Source: a bacterium
GTDB taxonomy: Bacteria; 4484-113
NCBI GenBank assembly: GCA_021163765.1
Contig: JAGGTK010000037.1
Span: forward strand, 1 to 63,006
Reading direction: 5' to 3'
Length of the DNA stretch: 63,006 nt
This document shows, in pieces, positions 47,836 through 57,101 of the stretch. Below the pieces are notes generated by a model that saw nothing but the letters and a program-made list of their open reading frames with translations, had not been told where the DNA came from and searched no databases. Positions within the stretch are counted from its first letter, which is position 1, and every line of letters begins with the position of its first letter. Both the position numbers and the translations under genes were made by a program.

Positions 47836-48249
47836 ATGATGACCGGCTCAAGAACTGAAAACTGGCAGGAACTGCTGGCCAAGGCTGCTCAGGCGGCTGA
47901 ACACGCGCACGCGCCATACTCATCGCTGCGCGTGGGAGCAGCCATTCTGACCTCAGGCGGCACGGTCTACTCCGGCTGCAACATCGAAAACGCGGCTTTC
48001 GGCGCCACTTTGTGCGCAGAACGTTCGGCTCTGGCTGCGATGGTTAGTACTGAAGGGTCGGATGCGCTCATTCGCGCCATCGCTGTTTGGTGCAGCGACA
48101 AGCGCCCCTGCTACCCCTGCGGTATCTGCCGGCAGGCACTACTCCCCTGGTGTGAAAAGACCGCTGTGCTCGTCGTGGAAAACGCTGACGGGAGTCCGGA
48201 AACGTTATCCTTCGCAAGCCTGCTGCCCTACCCCTTCACCGATTCGTAA
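47836..48249 (+). CDS. cdd: Cytidine deaminase
   Basis: APYS...VGAA, GCNIENAAFGATLCAERSA, PCGICRQ, LLPYPF. Confidence 0.95.
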   Translation: MMTGSRTENWQELLAKAAQAAEHAHAPYSSLRVGAAILTSGGTVYSGCNIENAAFGATLCAERSALAAMVSTEGSDALIRAIAVWCSDKRPCYPCGICRQALLPWCEKTAVLVVENADGSPETLSFASLLPYPFTDS

Positions 48250-49015
48250 TACGCTGGTAAAGCTGCTGTTCCAGCACGGCAAACTCAGCTTTGGAATCAA
48301 GCCCTGCCTTTTCAGCCAGCCCCCGAACGATTCTCTCGCGGGCCTGGGGCTCAATGCGCTGACGCCTGCGAAGATAAGCGTTAACCAGCCACATCAGTTC
48401 CTCGTCCCTGCTGCGGTTGAAGAGAGCCGGGCCAATCCCGGCCGCCCCAAGCGACCGTGTGCCCGCGCCAATCTCGCGCTTGCCGTGCTTGCGCGGCAGC
48501 GCGATGATGATTGTCCCGGCGGCCAGATCGCCCAGTCTCCGCTGCTCGCCGTTGAGCATCATCGACCAGATGCCAATAAAGTAGGAGCTTGGAAGCCAGT
48601 CCACTATCCGGAAGAGGTTGCGCAGCACGGCTGAAGTGCGGTCAAGCGCCAGGCCGCTCACCCGCATTACCTGGATGTTCGCCACCTTCTTCCCCGGAGT
48701 CTGGCCTTTCCAGTAATATTCAAACACGATGAAGTAGAAAAGCGGAGCAAGGACTATGACGGCAAACAGGGCCACAATGAAGGCGGTGAACCATCCTTCC
48801 ATCATGCTCGCCTCATAGCTGGCGGAAAACGCGCCGATGGCGAACGCCAGGAACATAAGCAAGAACATCAGTATAAACTCGCCTGCGCCGATAATGGCAT
48901 GGTCTACCAGGGCCGCGAGTGCGCGCCGCCCGAATCCCGCCAGCGGATACTCCAGATACACCTGCTCCGGGGTCGGTATCCTTACAAGCGGTTCCCGTAG
49001 AATATCCAGATTCAT
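48236..49015 (-). CDS. RDD-family membrane protein
   Basis: LAGFGRRALAALVD, GQTPGKK, RNLFRIVD, QRRLGDLAAGT. Confidence 0.93.
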   Translation of the reverse strand: MNLDILREPLVRIPTPEQVYLEYPLAGFGRRALAALVDHAIIGAGEFILMFLLMFLAFAIGAFSASYEASMMEGWFTAFIVALFAVIVLAPLFYFIVFEYYWKGQTPGKKVANIQVMRVSGLALDRTSAVLRNLFRIVDWLPSSYFIGIWSMMLNGEQRRLGDLAAGTIIIALPRKHGKREIGAGTRSLGAAGIGPALFNRSRDEELMWLVNAYLRRRQRIEPQARERIVRGLAEKAGLDSKAEFAVLEQQLYQRITNR

Positions 49016-49123
49016 AAAAATCTATTTTAGCAGACCCCAAGGCATTCAAATTCTGCTACAATATATACGATTCTGGCAGATTGCCGGGACCGATAATATA
49101 AATAATACTGATTGTGGTGAACT

Positions 49124-49939
49124 ATGGTAAAGAAAACTCGAAAGAGTCAAAAGAAAAAAAAGCCTCCTGTTGAGGGCAAGCCCTACAAGGAGATTGGCAG
49201 GCTCGTGCGCGATCTGAGGATCAGCGCGGGAATGACGCAGTTCGATTTGGCAGAGGTAATCGGGGTGAACAACAGCTATCTCTCCCGAATCGAGAACGGC
49301 GAGCGCCGCCCTTCAACGAAGGTGATGCGCAAGATGTCCGATGCACTCAACTATCCTTACGATGAGCTCGTTGTGGCCAGCGGGCTGCTTTCAGCCGAGT
49401 TCCGCGAGAAGCGCGCGGTTGTGGGCGACACAAACATCGTCAAGGACATCCACGATATAAAGTCGGCGCTTGGCCGCCTTATGCTGCCTGGCGAATTCCG
49501 CGCGCAAGCCCCGATGCGGGAGCGCCTTAAGCGGCGCGCCGTCCCCGTCTTTGACACTGTGCCGGCGGGCTATTTCGACGAGGCCAACGTTGTAGAGGCG
49601 TACGACGATGTTGAGAAGCTGGTCCTCACGGAAGAAGAGCTCGCATTCGACCCGAAGTCGTTCGCTCTTGTGGTCAAGGGCGACTCGATGATGGAGGCCG
49701 GCATCCTTGAAGGCGACGTGATTATCGTCTCGCCGAACACAAAGGTCGTGGACGGGGACATCGCTGTTGTCCAGATAGGCGGGCGCGAGACCACCGTAAA
49801 GATTGTGTACTTCGAAGACGAAGACAGCCTTCTGCTCCAGCCGGCAAACAGCGCATATAAACCATCCCTTTTAAAGTATCCAGAAGAAGTCGAGGTCCTT
49901 GGCAAGGTGATTCTCGTCCGGCGGAAGCTCATCGCGTAG
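49124..49939 (+). CDS. XRE helix-turn-helix / peptidase S24 (LexA/CI-like) repressor
   Basis: GMTQFDLAEVIGVNNSYLSRIENGERRPS; cleavage site VPAG; catalytic VKGDSM and TTVK. Confidence 0.93.
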   Translation: MVKKTRKSQKKKKPPVEGKPYKEIGRLVRDLRISAGMTQFDLAEVIGVNNSYLSRIENGERRPSTKVMRKMSDALNYPYDELVVASGLLSAEFREKRAVVGDTNIVKDIHDIKSALGRLMLPGEFRAQAPMRERLKRRAVPVFDTVPAGYFDEANVVEAYDDVEKLVLTEEELAFDPKSFALVVKGDSMMEAGILEGDVIIVSPNTKVVDGDIAVVQIGGRETTVKIVYFEDEDSLLLQPANSAYKPSLLKYPEEVEVLGKVILVRRKLIA

Positions 49940-50019
49940 GCTTACTATCGGCAACTGTTCTGCTATAATGGCGCGCAAGCCCGCCCTGCCGGGCAAATAT
50001 CCACTTGAGGTGTTTTACT

Positions 50020-50298
50020 ATGGCTGAAGGTTCCATGAGCGCATCCGCGAATAACGATGGCAAAGCCCAGGAGGATTTCGAGGGCAAGGTAAGTGAAGTC
50101 ATCGAGAAGATTCGCGTCTACCTGCAGTCTCACGGAGGCGATATAGATATCGTGGCTTTTGAAGGGCGCGACCTTAAAGTCCGTTTAAAAGGGGCTTGCG
50201 CGGGATGCCCGGGTGCAACGTACACCCTGAAAATGGGTGTCGAGGCGGCGCTGCGCGAAGAGGTCCCCGGGTTCGGGAACATAATTGCGGTGGAGTGA
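50020..50298 (+). CDS. NifU/Nfu-like Fe-S cluster scaffold
   Basis: IRVYLQSHGGDI, LKGACAGCP, TLKMGVE. Confidence 0.93.
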   Translation: MAEGSMSASANNDGKAQEDFEGKVSEVIEKIRVYLQSHGGDIDIVAFEGRDLKVRLKGACAGCPGATYTLKMGVEAALREEVPGFGNIIAVE

Positions 50299-50346
50299 AT
50301 CATATTCTCTGGCCGGACCGCCATACCCGGCCACCGGGAGGGGAAA

Positions 50347-51105
50347 GTGGAAGAGGACATGACACCTGAAAGCGTTCAACAGCCATCCGAACCGGAGGCT
50401 GAGAAGACCAAGCTGCCGTCCTTCGGCGAGCGCCTGATAGCAATCTTCGTGGAACCGAAAGTCGTTTTTGACTACGTCGCCAAGCGCAACGACTTCTGGC
50501 TGCCGCTGATTGTCGCTATCGTAGTGGCGCTTGTAGCCGCGCTGCTAATGATGCCGCCTATGCGCGAAGTGATAGCCCTCCAGATACAGGCCAGCGGAGC
50601 GCCGGTTACTGACGCTATGATATCCGGTATGTCTATCGGCGCGGTTGTAGCTGCACCTATCGCAACCGCTTCGTACGTCCTGCTTATAGCGCTGCTGCTG
50701 TGGCTCGTCGTACTCGTTCTTACGGGCAATGCAGCCTTCGGCAAAGCTCTCAGCGTATCCATGTGGGCGTATTTCCCCTTGACACTGGCGGGGCTGCTGA
50801 ACGCTGTCGTTCTGGCGGTTGTCCGCCCCGAGATCTCAAACATACAGGAAGCCCAGCAGCACCTTGGTCCTGTAATGCACTACACTTCTCTTGTGGCCCT
50901 GTTCCCGCTTGACAGCCTGATTGTCGCCGGGTTGCTCTCAGTTGTCTCGCTGTTTACCATATGGAACCTCTGGCTTCTCTGGGTCGGCGCCCGACGTTCG
51001 ATGAACGCTACAACAACGAGCGCCGCCGCTTTTGTGGTTATCTTCCTGATATTGAAATTCGCAAACGCTGCGTTCAACGGGTGGCGCGCGTCCAAGCTAA
51101 CCTAG
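50347..51105 (+). CDS. Yip1-family membrane protein (YknW-like)
   Basis: IFVEPKVVF...WLPL, multiple TM helices, SLFTIW; directly upstream of an efflux adaptor. Confidence 0.8.
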   Translation: MEEDMTPESVQQPSEPEAEKTKLPSFGERLIAIFVEPKVVFDYVAKRNDFWLPLIVAIVVALVAALLMMPPMREVIALQIQASGAPVTDAMISGMSIGAVVAAPIATASYVLLIALLLWLVVLVLTGNAAFGKALSVSMWAYFPLTLAGLLNAVVLAVVRPEISNIQEAQQHLGPVMHYTSLVALFPLDSLIVAGLLSVVSLFTIWNLWLLWVGARRSMNATTTSAAAFVVIFLILKFANAAFNGWRASKLT

Positions 51106-51121
51106 CTATGGGGACTCAACG

Positions 51122-52387
51122 ATGCTGAAGCGCCTGATTTTACTGATATTCGTCATAGTCGTCATCATCGGCGGAGTCTCTTTGCTGATGCTCAATCAGC
51201 AAAAGGGGACTGGCGGCGAAGACGATGCTGAAGAGAAGATTCCCAAGGACTACGAGAAGGTGGAGCGCGGCACGCTCACCATCGTCGTCGAAGGCACCGG
51301 TATCGTTGAGCCGCGCACGGAAGTTCGCATCAAATCCGAGGCCAGCGGCCAGATTGAGGAGCTCTTCGTGGAAGAGGGCGACGACCTGGCCCCGGGACAG
51401 GTCATTGCCATGCTCGACCAGGAGGACCAGCGTCTGACCGTCCAGCGTGCGGCGATAGCCGAGAAGCAGGCGCGCCTGCGCTACGAGGAGGCGAAAAACA
51501 GCGCCCTTCCGCAGGAGCTGAAAGCCGCCGAAGCGAGAGTCGAGGAACTCAATCTCAATCTCAAGAACGCGCAAGAACGCCTCATTCGCATCAAAGCCCT
51601 CCACGAGCGTGACTTCGCTTCCGACCAGGAAATAGAAGATGCCGAGAAGAACGTGGAAACCCTCAAGGTGCAACTCGACCAGGCCGAGCTTACGCTCAAG
51701 CTGCTGAAAGACGGCGGCTACGAGCGCGACATCGAAACCGCGCGCCTGGCCTGGCAGGATGCCAGGGTCTACCTCGCCCAGGCCCAGAAGGCGCTTGGCG
51801 ACGCGACGATCAAATCGCCCATCTCTGGCACGGTGCTTGCAAAGTACGTGGAGGAGGGCGACACTGTCGTTAGCAGCAACCAGGGTTTCACCGAAGGCAC
51901 GACGCTTTGCACCGTCGCAGACCTATCGCAGGTGCAGGTGCGCGGCAGCATCGACGAGGTTGACATCGGCACGGTCGCCATCGGCCAGAGCGCGGAGCTG
52001 GAAGTCGATGCCTATCCCAACCGCATCTACGACGGCAAGGTGGTCAACGTCTTCCCGCAGGGAACGCAGTCGCCGGGCGGCCTTACCACCTTCACCGTCA
52101 TCGTCGAGGTGGAAAACGAAGACCGCAGCCTGCTGGCGAATATGACCGCTTCTATCACCATCACCACGACGGAGATGGAGGATCTGCTGCTTGTGCCGTT
52201 CGCCGCAATCCGCCCCGGAGAGGAAACGAACGAATACGTCGTCTTCGTGCGCAACGAAAAAGGCGTGCCGGAGCAGCGCGAAATTACGCTTGGCGCAACT
52301 GACTACGAGAACTACGAAGTGCTGGAAGGCCTGGAAGAAGGCGAACTCGTCAAGGTCAAGAACTTCCCGCCGGTCGCGTTCGACTAG
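51122..52387 (+). CDS. Efflux periplasmic adaptor (HlyD/MacA/YknX-like)
   Basis: SGQIEELFVEEGD, coiled coil, IKSPISGTV, IDEVDIG, VLEGLEEGE. Confidence 0.93.
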   Translation: MLKRLILLIFVIVVIIGGVSLLMLNQQKGTGGEDDAEEKIPKDYEKVERGTLTIVVEGTGIVEPRTEVRIKSEASGQIEELFVEEGDDLAPGQVIAMLDQEDQRLTVQRAAIAEKQARLRYEEAKNSALPQELKAAEARVEELNLNLKNAQERLIRIKALHERDFASDQEIEDAEKNVETLKVQLDQAELTLKLLKDGGYERDIETARLAWQDARVYLAQAQKALGDATIKSPISGTVLAKYVEEGDTVVSSNQGFTEGTTLCTVADLSQVQVRGSIDEVDIGTVAIGQSAELEVDAYPNRIYDGKVVNVFPQGTQSPGGLTTFTVIVEVENEDRSLLANMTASITITTTEMEDLLLVPFAAIRPGEETNEYVVFVRNEKGVPEQREITLGATDYENYEVLEGLEEGELVKVKNFPPVAFD

Positions 52388-52442
52388 CCCTCACGCACTG
52401 GATAGCGAGAAGTAATTGTCGGGCCCTGCACAGCGCGAGATC

Positions 52443-53600
52443 CTAACTATACCGGCGCAGGATTTCGCGCGAGACCACCAGCCGCTGGATCTCGTTGGTG
52501 CCCTCGTAGATGCGCTTGATGCGCGCATCACGAACTAGCCGCTCCAGCGGGTATTCCCTGCTGTAGCCGTAGCCGCCGTGGATTTGCAGCGCCAGGTCGG
52601 TGACCCGCCCCGCGACTTCGGAGGCGAACATTTTTGCCATTGCGGCCTCGGCGGTCACCTTCTTGCCCGCGCCTTTCAGCCACGAGGCGTAGTACGCGAG
52701 CTGCCTTGCCGCCTCCAGCTCGGTGGCCATATCGGCAATCATCCACTGGATGGCCTGGAACCTGGCAATCTTCTGGCCGAACTGCTCCCGCTGGTTGGCG
52801 TACTTGACCGCGGCTTCCAGCGCCGCCTGCGCGATGCCGATACTGGCGCCGGCCATGCCGATTCTGCCGTTGTCGAGAATGACCATCGCGATTTTAAAGC
52901 CCCTGCCGATGCTGCTCTCGCCGCCCAGTATCTGGCTCTCGTGCACCCGGCAATTCTCGAAGTGCAGCTCGGTCTGGTGGCTGCCCCGGATGCCCATCGT
53001 GTCTTCGATATGGCCGACGCTGAAGCCCTCCATATCCTTCTCGATGATGAAGGGCGTGATACCGCGCAGGCCGGCTTCGGGATTGGTATTGGCGAAAAGA
53101 ATGATGACCGAGGCTTCCGCGCCGTTGGTGCACCACTGCTTGTGCCCGTTGATTACGTAATACTCGCCGTCTTTCACCGCTACAGTCTGAAGATTCGAGG
53201 CGTCCGAACCGGCGTCCGGCTCGGTGAGCGAAAACGCGCCCATCCACTCGCCGCTGCACATCTTCGGGAGGTACTTCTTCTTTTGCTCCTCAGTGCCGTA
53301 CTGCAGGATGGAAAGCACCGCCAGCGAGCAGTGCGCACCGAGGATTGTCGCATGAGCAGCGTCGCAGCGCGCGATTTCCATCCCGATAATCAGGTAGGAA
53401 ATGGAGTCCATCCCGCCGCCGCCGTATTCCTCCGGCACAGGCGCGCCCAGGAATCCCAGATCGCCCAGCTTGCGCACCGTATCCCACGGGAACTCTCGCG
53501 TCTTGTCAAGTTCCGCAGCCAGGGGCGCCAGTTCCGCCTCCGCGAACTTGCGGATTGTGTCGCGCACCATCAGTTGCTCTTCGTTAAGTTCGAAATCCAT
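52443..53600 (-). CDS. Acyl-CoA dehydrogenase
   Basis: FSLTEPDAGSD, NGHKQWCTNG, REQFGQKI..FQAIQ, LQIHGGYGY, IYEGTNEIQ; ATG 53600 preceded by GGAGG. Confidence 0.96.
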   Translation of the reverse strand: MDFELNEEQLMVRDTIRKFAEAELAPLAAELDKTREFPWDTVRKLGDLGFLGAPVPEEYGGGGMDSISYLIIGMEIARCDAAHATILGAHCSLAVLSILQYGTEEQKKKYLPKMCSGEWMGAFSLTEPDAGSDASNLQTVAVKDGEYYVINGHKQWCTNGAEASVIILFANTNPEAGLRGITPFIIEKDMEGFSVGHIEDTMGIRGSHQTELHFENCRVHESQILGGESSIGRGFKIAMVILDNGRIGMAGASIGIAQAALEAAVKYANQREQFGQKIARFQAIQWMIADMATELEAARQLAYYASWLKGAGKKVTAEAAMAKMFASEVAGRVTDLALQIHGGYGYSREYPLERLVRDARIKRIYEGTNEIQRLVVSREILRRYS

Positions 53601-53694
53601 AACCCCTCCTTGTATTCCCGGCGCAGGCCAGTGTGAAATCAATGCGGCCGCTGATTATAGCATAGCGATTCCCCACCGACCCTGCGTCATTCTG

Positions 53695-53800
53695 GTAGGG
53701 GCATCACGCTTTGGCGTGACCGTGCCTGCATCCCCCGGGTAGCGCCGGCTATCCAGCCGGCGATATTTAAGGTCATCCGCCTGGATAGGCGGCTGAACCC
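53695..53800. repeat. GTAG-type REP-like palindromes (inverted pair)
   Basis: GTAGGGGCA-TCACGC-TTTG-GCGTGA; GGGTAGCGCCGGCTATCCAGCCGG (53737-53760) and an inverted variant at 53777-53800 with a compensatory base pair. Confidence 0.6.
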
Positions 53801-53859
53801 AAGATAAGCGGCCCCGCAACCGCCGCATGGTGTATCATTGTAGGAGGGGATGCGATAAT

Positions 53860-53912
53860 CACCGTAAACTGCAAGGGAATGGCTTGACAGTTGTTTACGG
53901 TGCCATTATAGT
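53860..53912 (+). promoter_or_regulatory. Promoter of the second RM gene with overlapping inverted repeat
   Basis: TTGACA (53884-89)-17 nt-TATAGT (53907-12); CACCGTAAAC (53860-69) / GTTTACGGTG (53893-902). Confidence 0.7.
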
Positions 53913-53925
53913 CTGAAAGGAATCA

Positions 53926-56847
53926 ATGTCGGAGGATACTCTTTACGGCTTTAGCGAAGCTTCGATAAACGTAACCCTAGCGGAGCTCCTTTCACAGCGC
54001 AACTTGATTGCTGGCGCGGAGCTAATAACGAAGGGAGACGGTGAACCTCGACGGCCCGATGTGATGCTGAATCATCAGGGCTTCCGCATCATACTCGAAG
54101 GCAAGATAGAGAAGAAGACCGCACGCAAGGAACTGGAGACCCAGTGCAAAAAACGGGTAACAGAAGACCTGTGCGACATTTCTTTAGGTGTCGTATATCG
54201 TCTGCCTCAAGCCAATAACGACCTCTTTACCATTCCCAAGCTGCAGGTTCTACTAACGCAGGCGGAATACGATATCGCGGTTTGGGGGCCGGATGTACCT
54301 GAGCCCAGGTTACTTCAAGACTGGGTGACGCAAGACCTTGACGGCCTGGCGGGAGTAGTCCGAGACGCTGTGCACGAAGCAGCATCCGCCGATGTGCTCT
54401 CAGAAGCCATAGATAGGATACGAAATACTCTAGATGCAGCGTCAAGCTTCATACTGGGCGCGATGCCGAAAGGTGTAAAGAGACTAGCTGAAGACCTTGC
54501 GCCATCTCTCGAACTTCCCAAGCCAAAAAACCAGCAGGAACGCATCCGCACTCTCAAAATGGCATTCCTGGTTTTGATGGATGCCACAATCTTCTACGAC
54601 GTGCTCAGCAGCCGGAAGCCTCTCAAAAGCGTTGAGAGTCTGAAGAAGAAACACGGCTCCCATGTCGCTGCGCTACGTAAAGCATTCGAGAACGCGTTAG
54701 ACATAAACTACGCAGCCGTCTTCGAGATCGCAGTAGGCATACTTGACCTATTACCACCTGAAGCGGACAAGGCGGTAGAGAAAGTAACTGAAACGGCCTT
54801 CTACATCGCCACGCAGCGCGTTCTGTTAAAGCACGACCTGATGGGCAGGGTTTATCATAAGCTGCTTTTCAAGGAATTGGCAAAACACTTAGCGACTTAC
54901 TACACGGCGGTGACGTCAGCATGGCTGCTGGCGAAGGTTGCCATCGCGACACCCGGTGCTGATTGGTCCAACAATGACCTCTCAGACCTAGAGGAGATTC
55001 GAAAGCTTCACGTATCCGACTTCGCCTGCGGTTCAGGAACCCTCCTGTCAGCTGCCTATCGTGAACTCGATAGGCTTTACACAGATGCTGTGTATCGCGG
55101 GAGCAAAGAACCCGACCGCGATGCTTTACATACGATACTTCTCGACAAGGTAATCTCAGGCTTTGACGTGATGCTCTACGCAGCGCACATTGCGACCCTG
55201 ACGCTCGCGATGCACAATCCGGATTCCCTGTTTAACAAAGGCCATATATACGTTCTTCCATTCGGAGATAGGAAGGAAGCCACCGGCTCAGTCGAGTTCC
55301 TGGTTAAGGATTCTGTTCGGGCGCGTACAACAGCGCTGCAATATGCTGTCAAGGGCAAAGCCCAGGTGGATCTAGACCTACCTCCGCAGGGCTACGATCT
55401 ACTGATAATGAACCCTCCTTTTGCCCGCTCCTGCGGTGACAATCTGATGTTCGGCAGCGTGACCGGCAAGAAGCGCCGCGAACAGATGAAAGAAAGGCTG
55501 TCCGATATACTCAAGCAAGCCAACCTGAGCGGCATCGGCCAGGCGGGGCTTGGAGCGGTCTTTGTCGCTATAGCCGATAGGTTCGTTAAGCGTGCTGGCC
55601 GCATCGCGTTCGTGCTTCCGAGGAACCTTCTGTCCGGCGTGTCTTGGAAACGAATCCGAGAACTCCTCGTGAGGACAACTCAGCTTACCACCTGGCACGG
55701 AGGAGGCTTCCATCTGGAATACATCATGCTCAGCACCGAGCCGGGAAGCTACAACTTCAGCGAAAACACCGACCTCAGCGAGTGTATGTTCGTTGCCAGA
55801 AAGCTAAGGGATGGCGAGAAGCCGGGGCGTACCGTTGTGGCTATCTTTGACCGAAAACCGAAAACGGTCTTTGAATCAAGAGCTGTAGCTACGGTTTTAC
55901 AGAAGCAGAATCAAAACGGCCAATCGTCAGACAGCTTCGACATTCTGCTGAATCCCACAGCCGCCGACGGGCAGATGAAGGTCGGCAACACACGGATGGG
56001 ACGGGTCTACACTCTGAGCCCAAGCCTGCTCACCGATAACGTGGACAACTGGGGCCGCCTTTGCGCTTTCGCTATGCCGGAGCTAACGCGAATCGCGTAC
56101 CGGCTCCGCACAACGGGCGAGTTTGCATTGGATACCGGCCTTGCAGTTCGAGTTCCGCTAAAAGCGGTTGGCAAGCTCTTTGAAGTGGGGCCGGACAGAA
56201 GGCAAATCCACAGCGCGTTCAACATCGATGATACCGGAGCCTACGACGCGCTCTGGGGCAGAGAAGCCAAGATGAACTCGCTAACGATGGCGCCCAACTC
56301 CAAGCTTTCGCAGAAGCCCGGAGTCGATATACGCGCCCTTGTAAAGACAGCGAGTCGGCTTGTTATCACTGAGCGCATCCGTCTTGACACTACACCTCTA
56401 GTAAGCCTTTTGTGCAACCATCCTGTGCTCTCAAATGTCTGGTGGACTCTCCTCGCGAAAGACAGCATAATGGACTCGGAGGACATAGAGAAGGTATCGG
56501 CACTCTGGCTCAACTCTACCCCCGGACTGCTTCTCCAGTTTGCCGAGTTGCAGGTGACAGAAGGCGGATGGGCGGCCACAAAGAAAGCATCTCTTGAAGC
56601 CCTTCCAACGCTGAACTTTTCTAAGCTTACTGAATCTCAGAGAGCTGCACTCGTCGCGCTTTTCGACGAGCTAAGCACGAAGCAATTCCCGGTTCTAGCG
56701 GACCAGTTCGCCGATGCTGCGGAGGGCAAAGGCTGGCGCTGGGAACTTGACTCGCGGCTCCTTGAAATACTGAGTGGAGAAAAGATTGACCCGCGCGACC
56801 TCCATCCGCTGTATGGCATGCTTAAAGACGAGGCTGCGCATTGGTAG
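53926..56847 (+). CDS. Fused nuclease / N6-adenine methyltransferase (type IIG-like restriction-modification enzyme)
   Basis: RRPDV...ILEGK (PD-(D/E)XK), TYYT, DFACGSGTLL, MNPPF. Confidence 0.88.
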   Translation: MSEDTLYGFSEASINVTLAELLSQRNLIAGAELITKGDGEPRRPDVMLNHQGFRIILEGKIEKKTARKELETQCKKRVTEDLCDISLGVVYRLPQANNDLFTIPKLQVLLTQAEYDIAVWGPDVPEPRLLQDWVTQDLDGLAGVVRDAVHEAASADVLSEAIDRIRNTLDAASSFILGAMPKGVKRLAEDLAPSLELPKPKNQQERIRTLKMAFLVLMDATIFYDVLSSRKPLKSVESLKKKHGSHVAALRKAFENALDINYAAVFEIAVGILDLLPPEADKAVEKVTETAFYIATQRVLLKHDLMGRVYHKLLFKELAKHLATYYTAVTSAWLLAKVAIATPGADWSNNDLSDLEEIRKLHVSDFACGSGTLLSAAYRELDRLYTDAVYRGSKEPDRDALHTILLDKVISGFDVMLYAAHIATLTLAMHNPDSLFNKGHIYVLPFGDRKEATGSVEFLVKDSVRARTTALQYAVKGKAQVDLDLPPQGYDLLIMNPPFARSCGDNLMFGSVTGKKRREQMKERLSDILKQANLSGIGQAGLGAVFVAIADRFVKRAGRIAFVLPRNLLSGVSWKRIRELLVRTTQLTTWHGGGFHLEYIMLSTEPGSYNFSENTDLSECMFVARKLRDGEKPGRTVVAIFDRKPKTVFESRAVATVLQKQNQNGQSSDSFDILLNPTAADGQMKVGNTRMGRVYTLSPSLLTDNVDNWGRLCAFAMPELTRIAYRLRTTGEFALDTGLAVRVPLKAVGKLFEVGPDRRQIHSAFNIDDTGAYDALWGREAKMNSLTMAPNSKLSQKPGVDIRALVKTASRLVITERIRLDTTPLVSLLCNHPVLSNVWWTLLAKDSIMDSEDIEKVSALWLNSTPGLLLQFAELQVTEGGWAATKKASLEALPTLNFSKLTESQRAALVALFDELSTKQFPVLADQFADAAEGKGWRWELDSRLLEILSGEKIDPRDLHPLYGMLKDEAAHW

Positions 56848-56925
56848 ATAGTCACCACCGTAATCGAGATTATCCGGTTAATGAAGCTAATCGACCTGAC
56901 CATCCCCAAATGGCCGATTGAGTAG
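56848..56925 (+). pseudogene. Probable remnant 3' end of another RM gene (type ISP-like C-terminus)
   Basis: IVTTVIEIIRLMKLIDLTIPKWPIE*, in frame directly after the TAG; recalled resemblance to type ISP C-termini, not verified by search. Confidence 0.45.
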
Positions 56926-57029
56926 GTAGTTTACGCAGGCCCATCCGGTGCCATTTTCTTCTTTCGAGCTATGCACAAAATAGCGCGTTCCGCGACGCAA
57001 ACGCGCAGCACTCCACGGACTCGCCCCCA

Positions 57030-57093
57030 CAACTGGTATAGCGAAAGTATGCTGGAAGTGGCATACCAGTTTGAGGGCTGCCGGGGATATAAT
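57030..57093 (+). promoter_or_regulatory. MocR autoregulatory operator and promoter
   Basis: AACTGGTAT (57031-39) / ATACCAGTT (57063-71) perfect inverted repeat; TATAAT 57088-93. Confidence 0.65.
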
Positions 57094-57101
57094 GTAGGTG
57101 C

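Noticed and set aside
49124-49939. Prophage CI repressor / prophage
   Set aside because: No cro, integrase, replication or virion genes nearby.
50347-52387. Incomplete efflux system as a novelty
   Set aside because: Resembles YknW/YknX; the ABC components may be encoded elsewhere, as operons in this window are generally fragmented.
52578-53636. Long antisense ORFs (this one, 9898..10920, 46358..47263 and others)
   Set aside because: Expected shadows of GC-rich coding genes, with no recognisable motifs.
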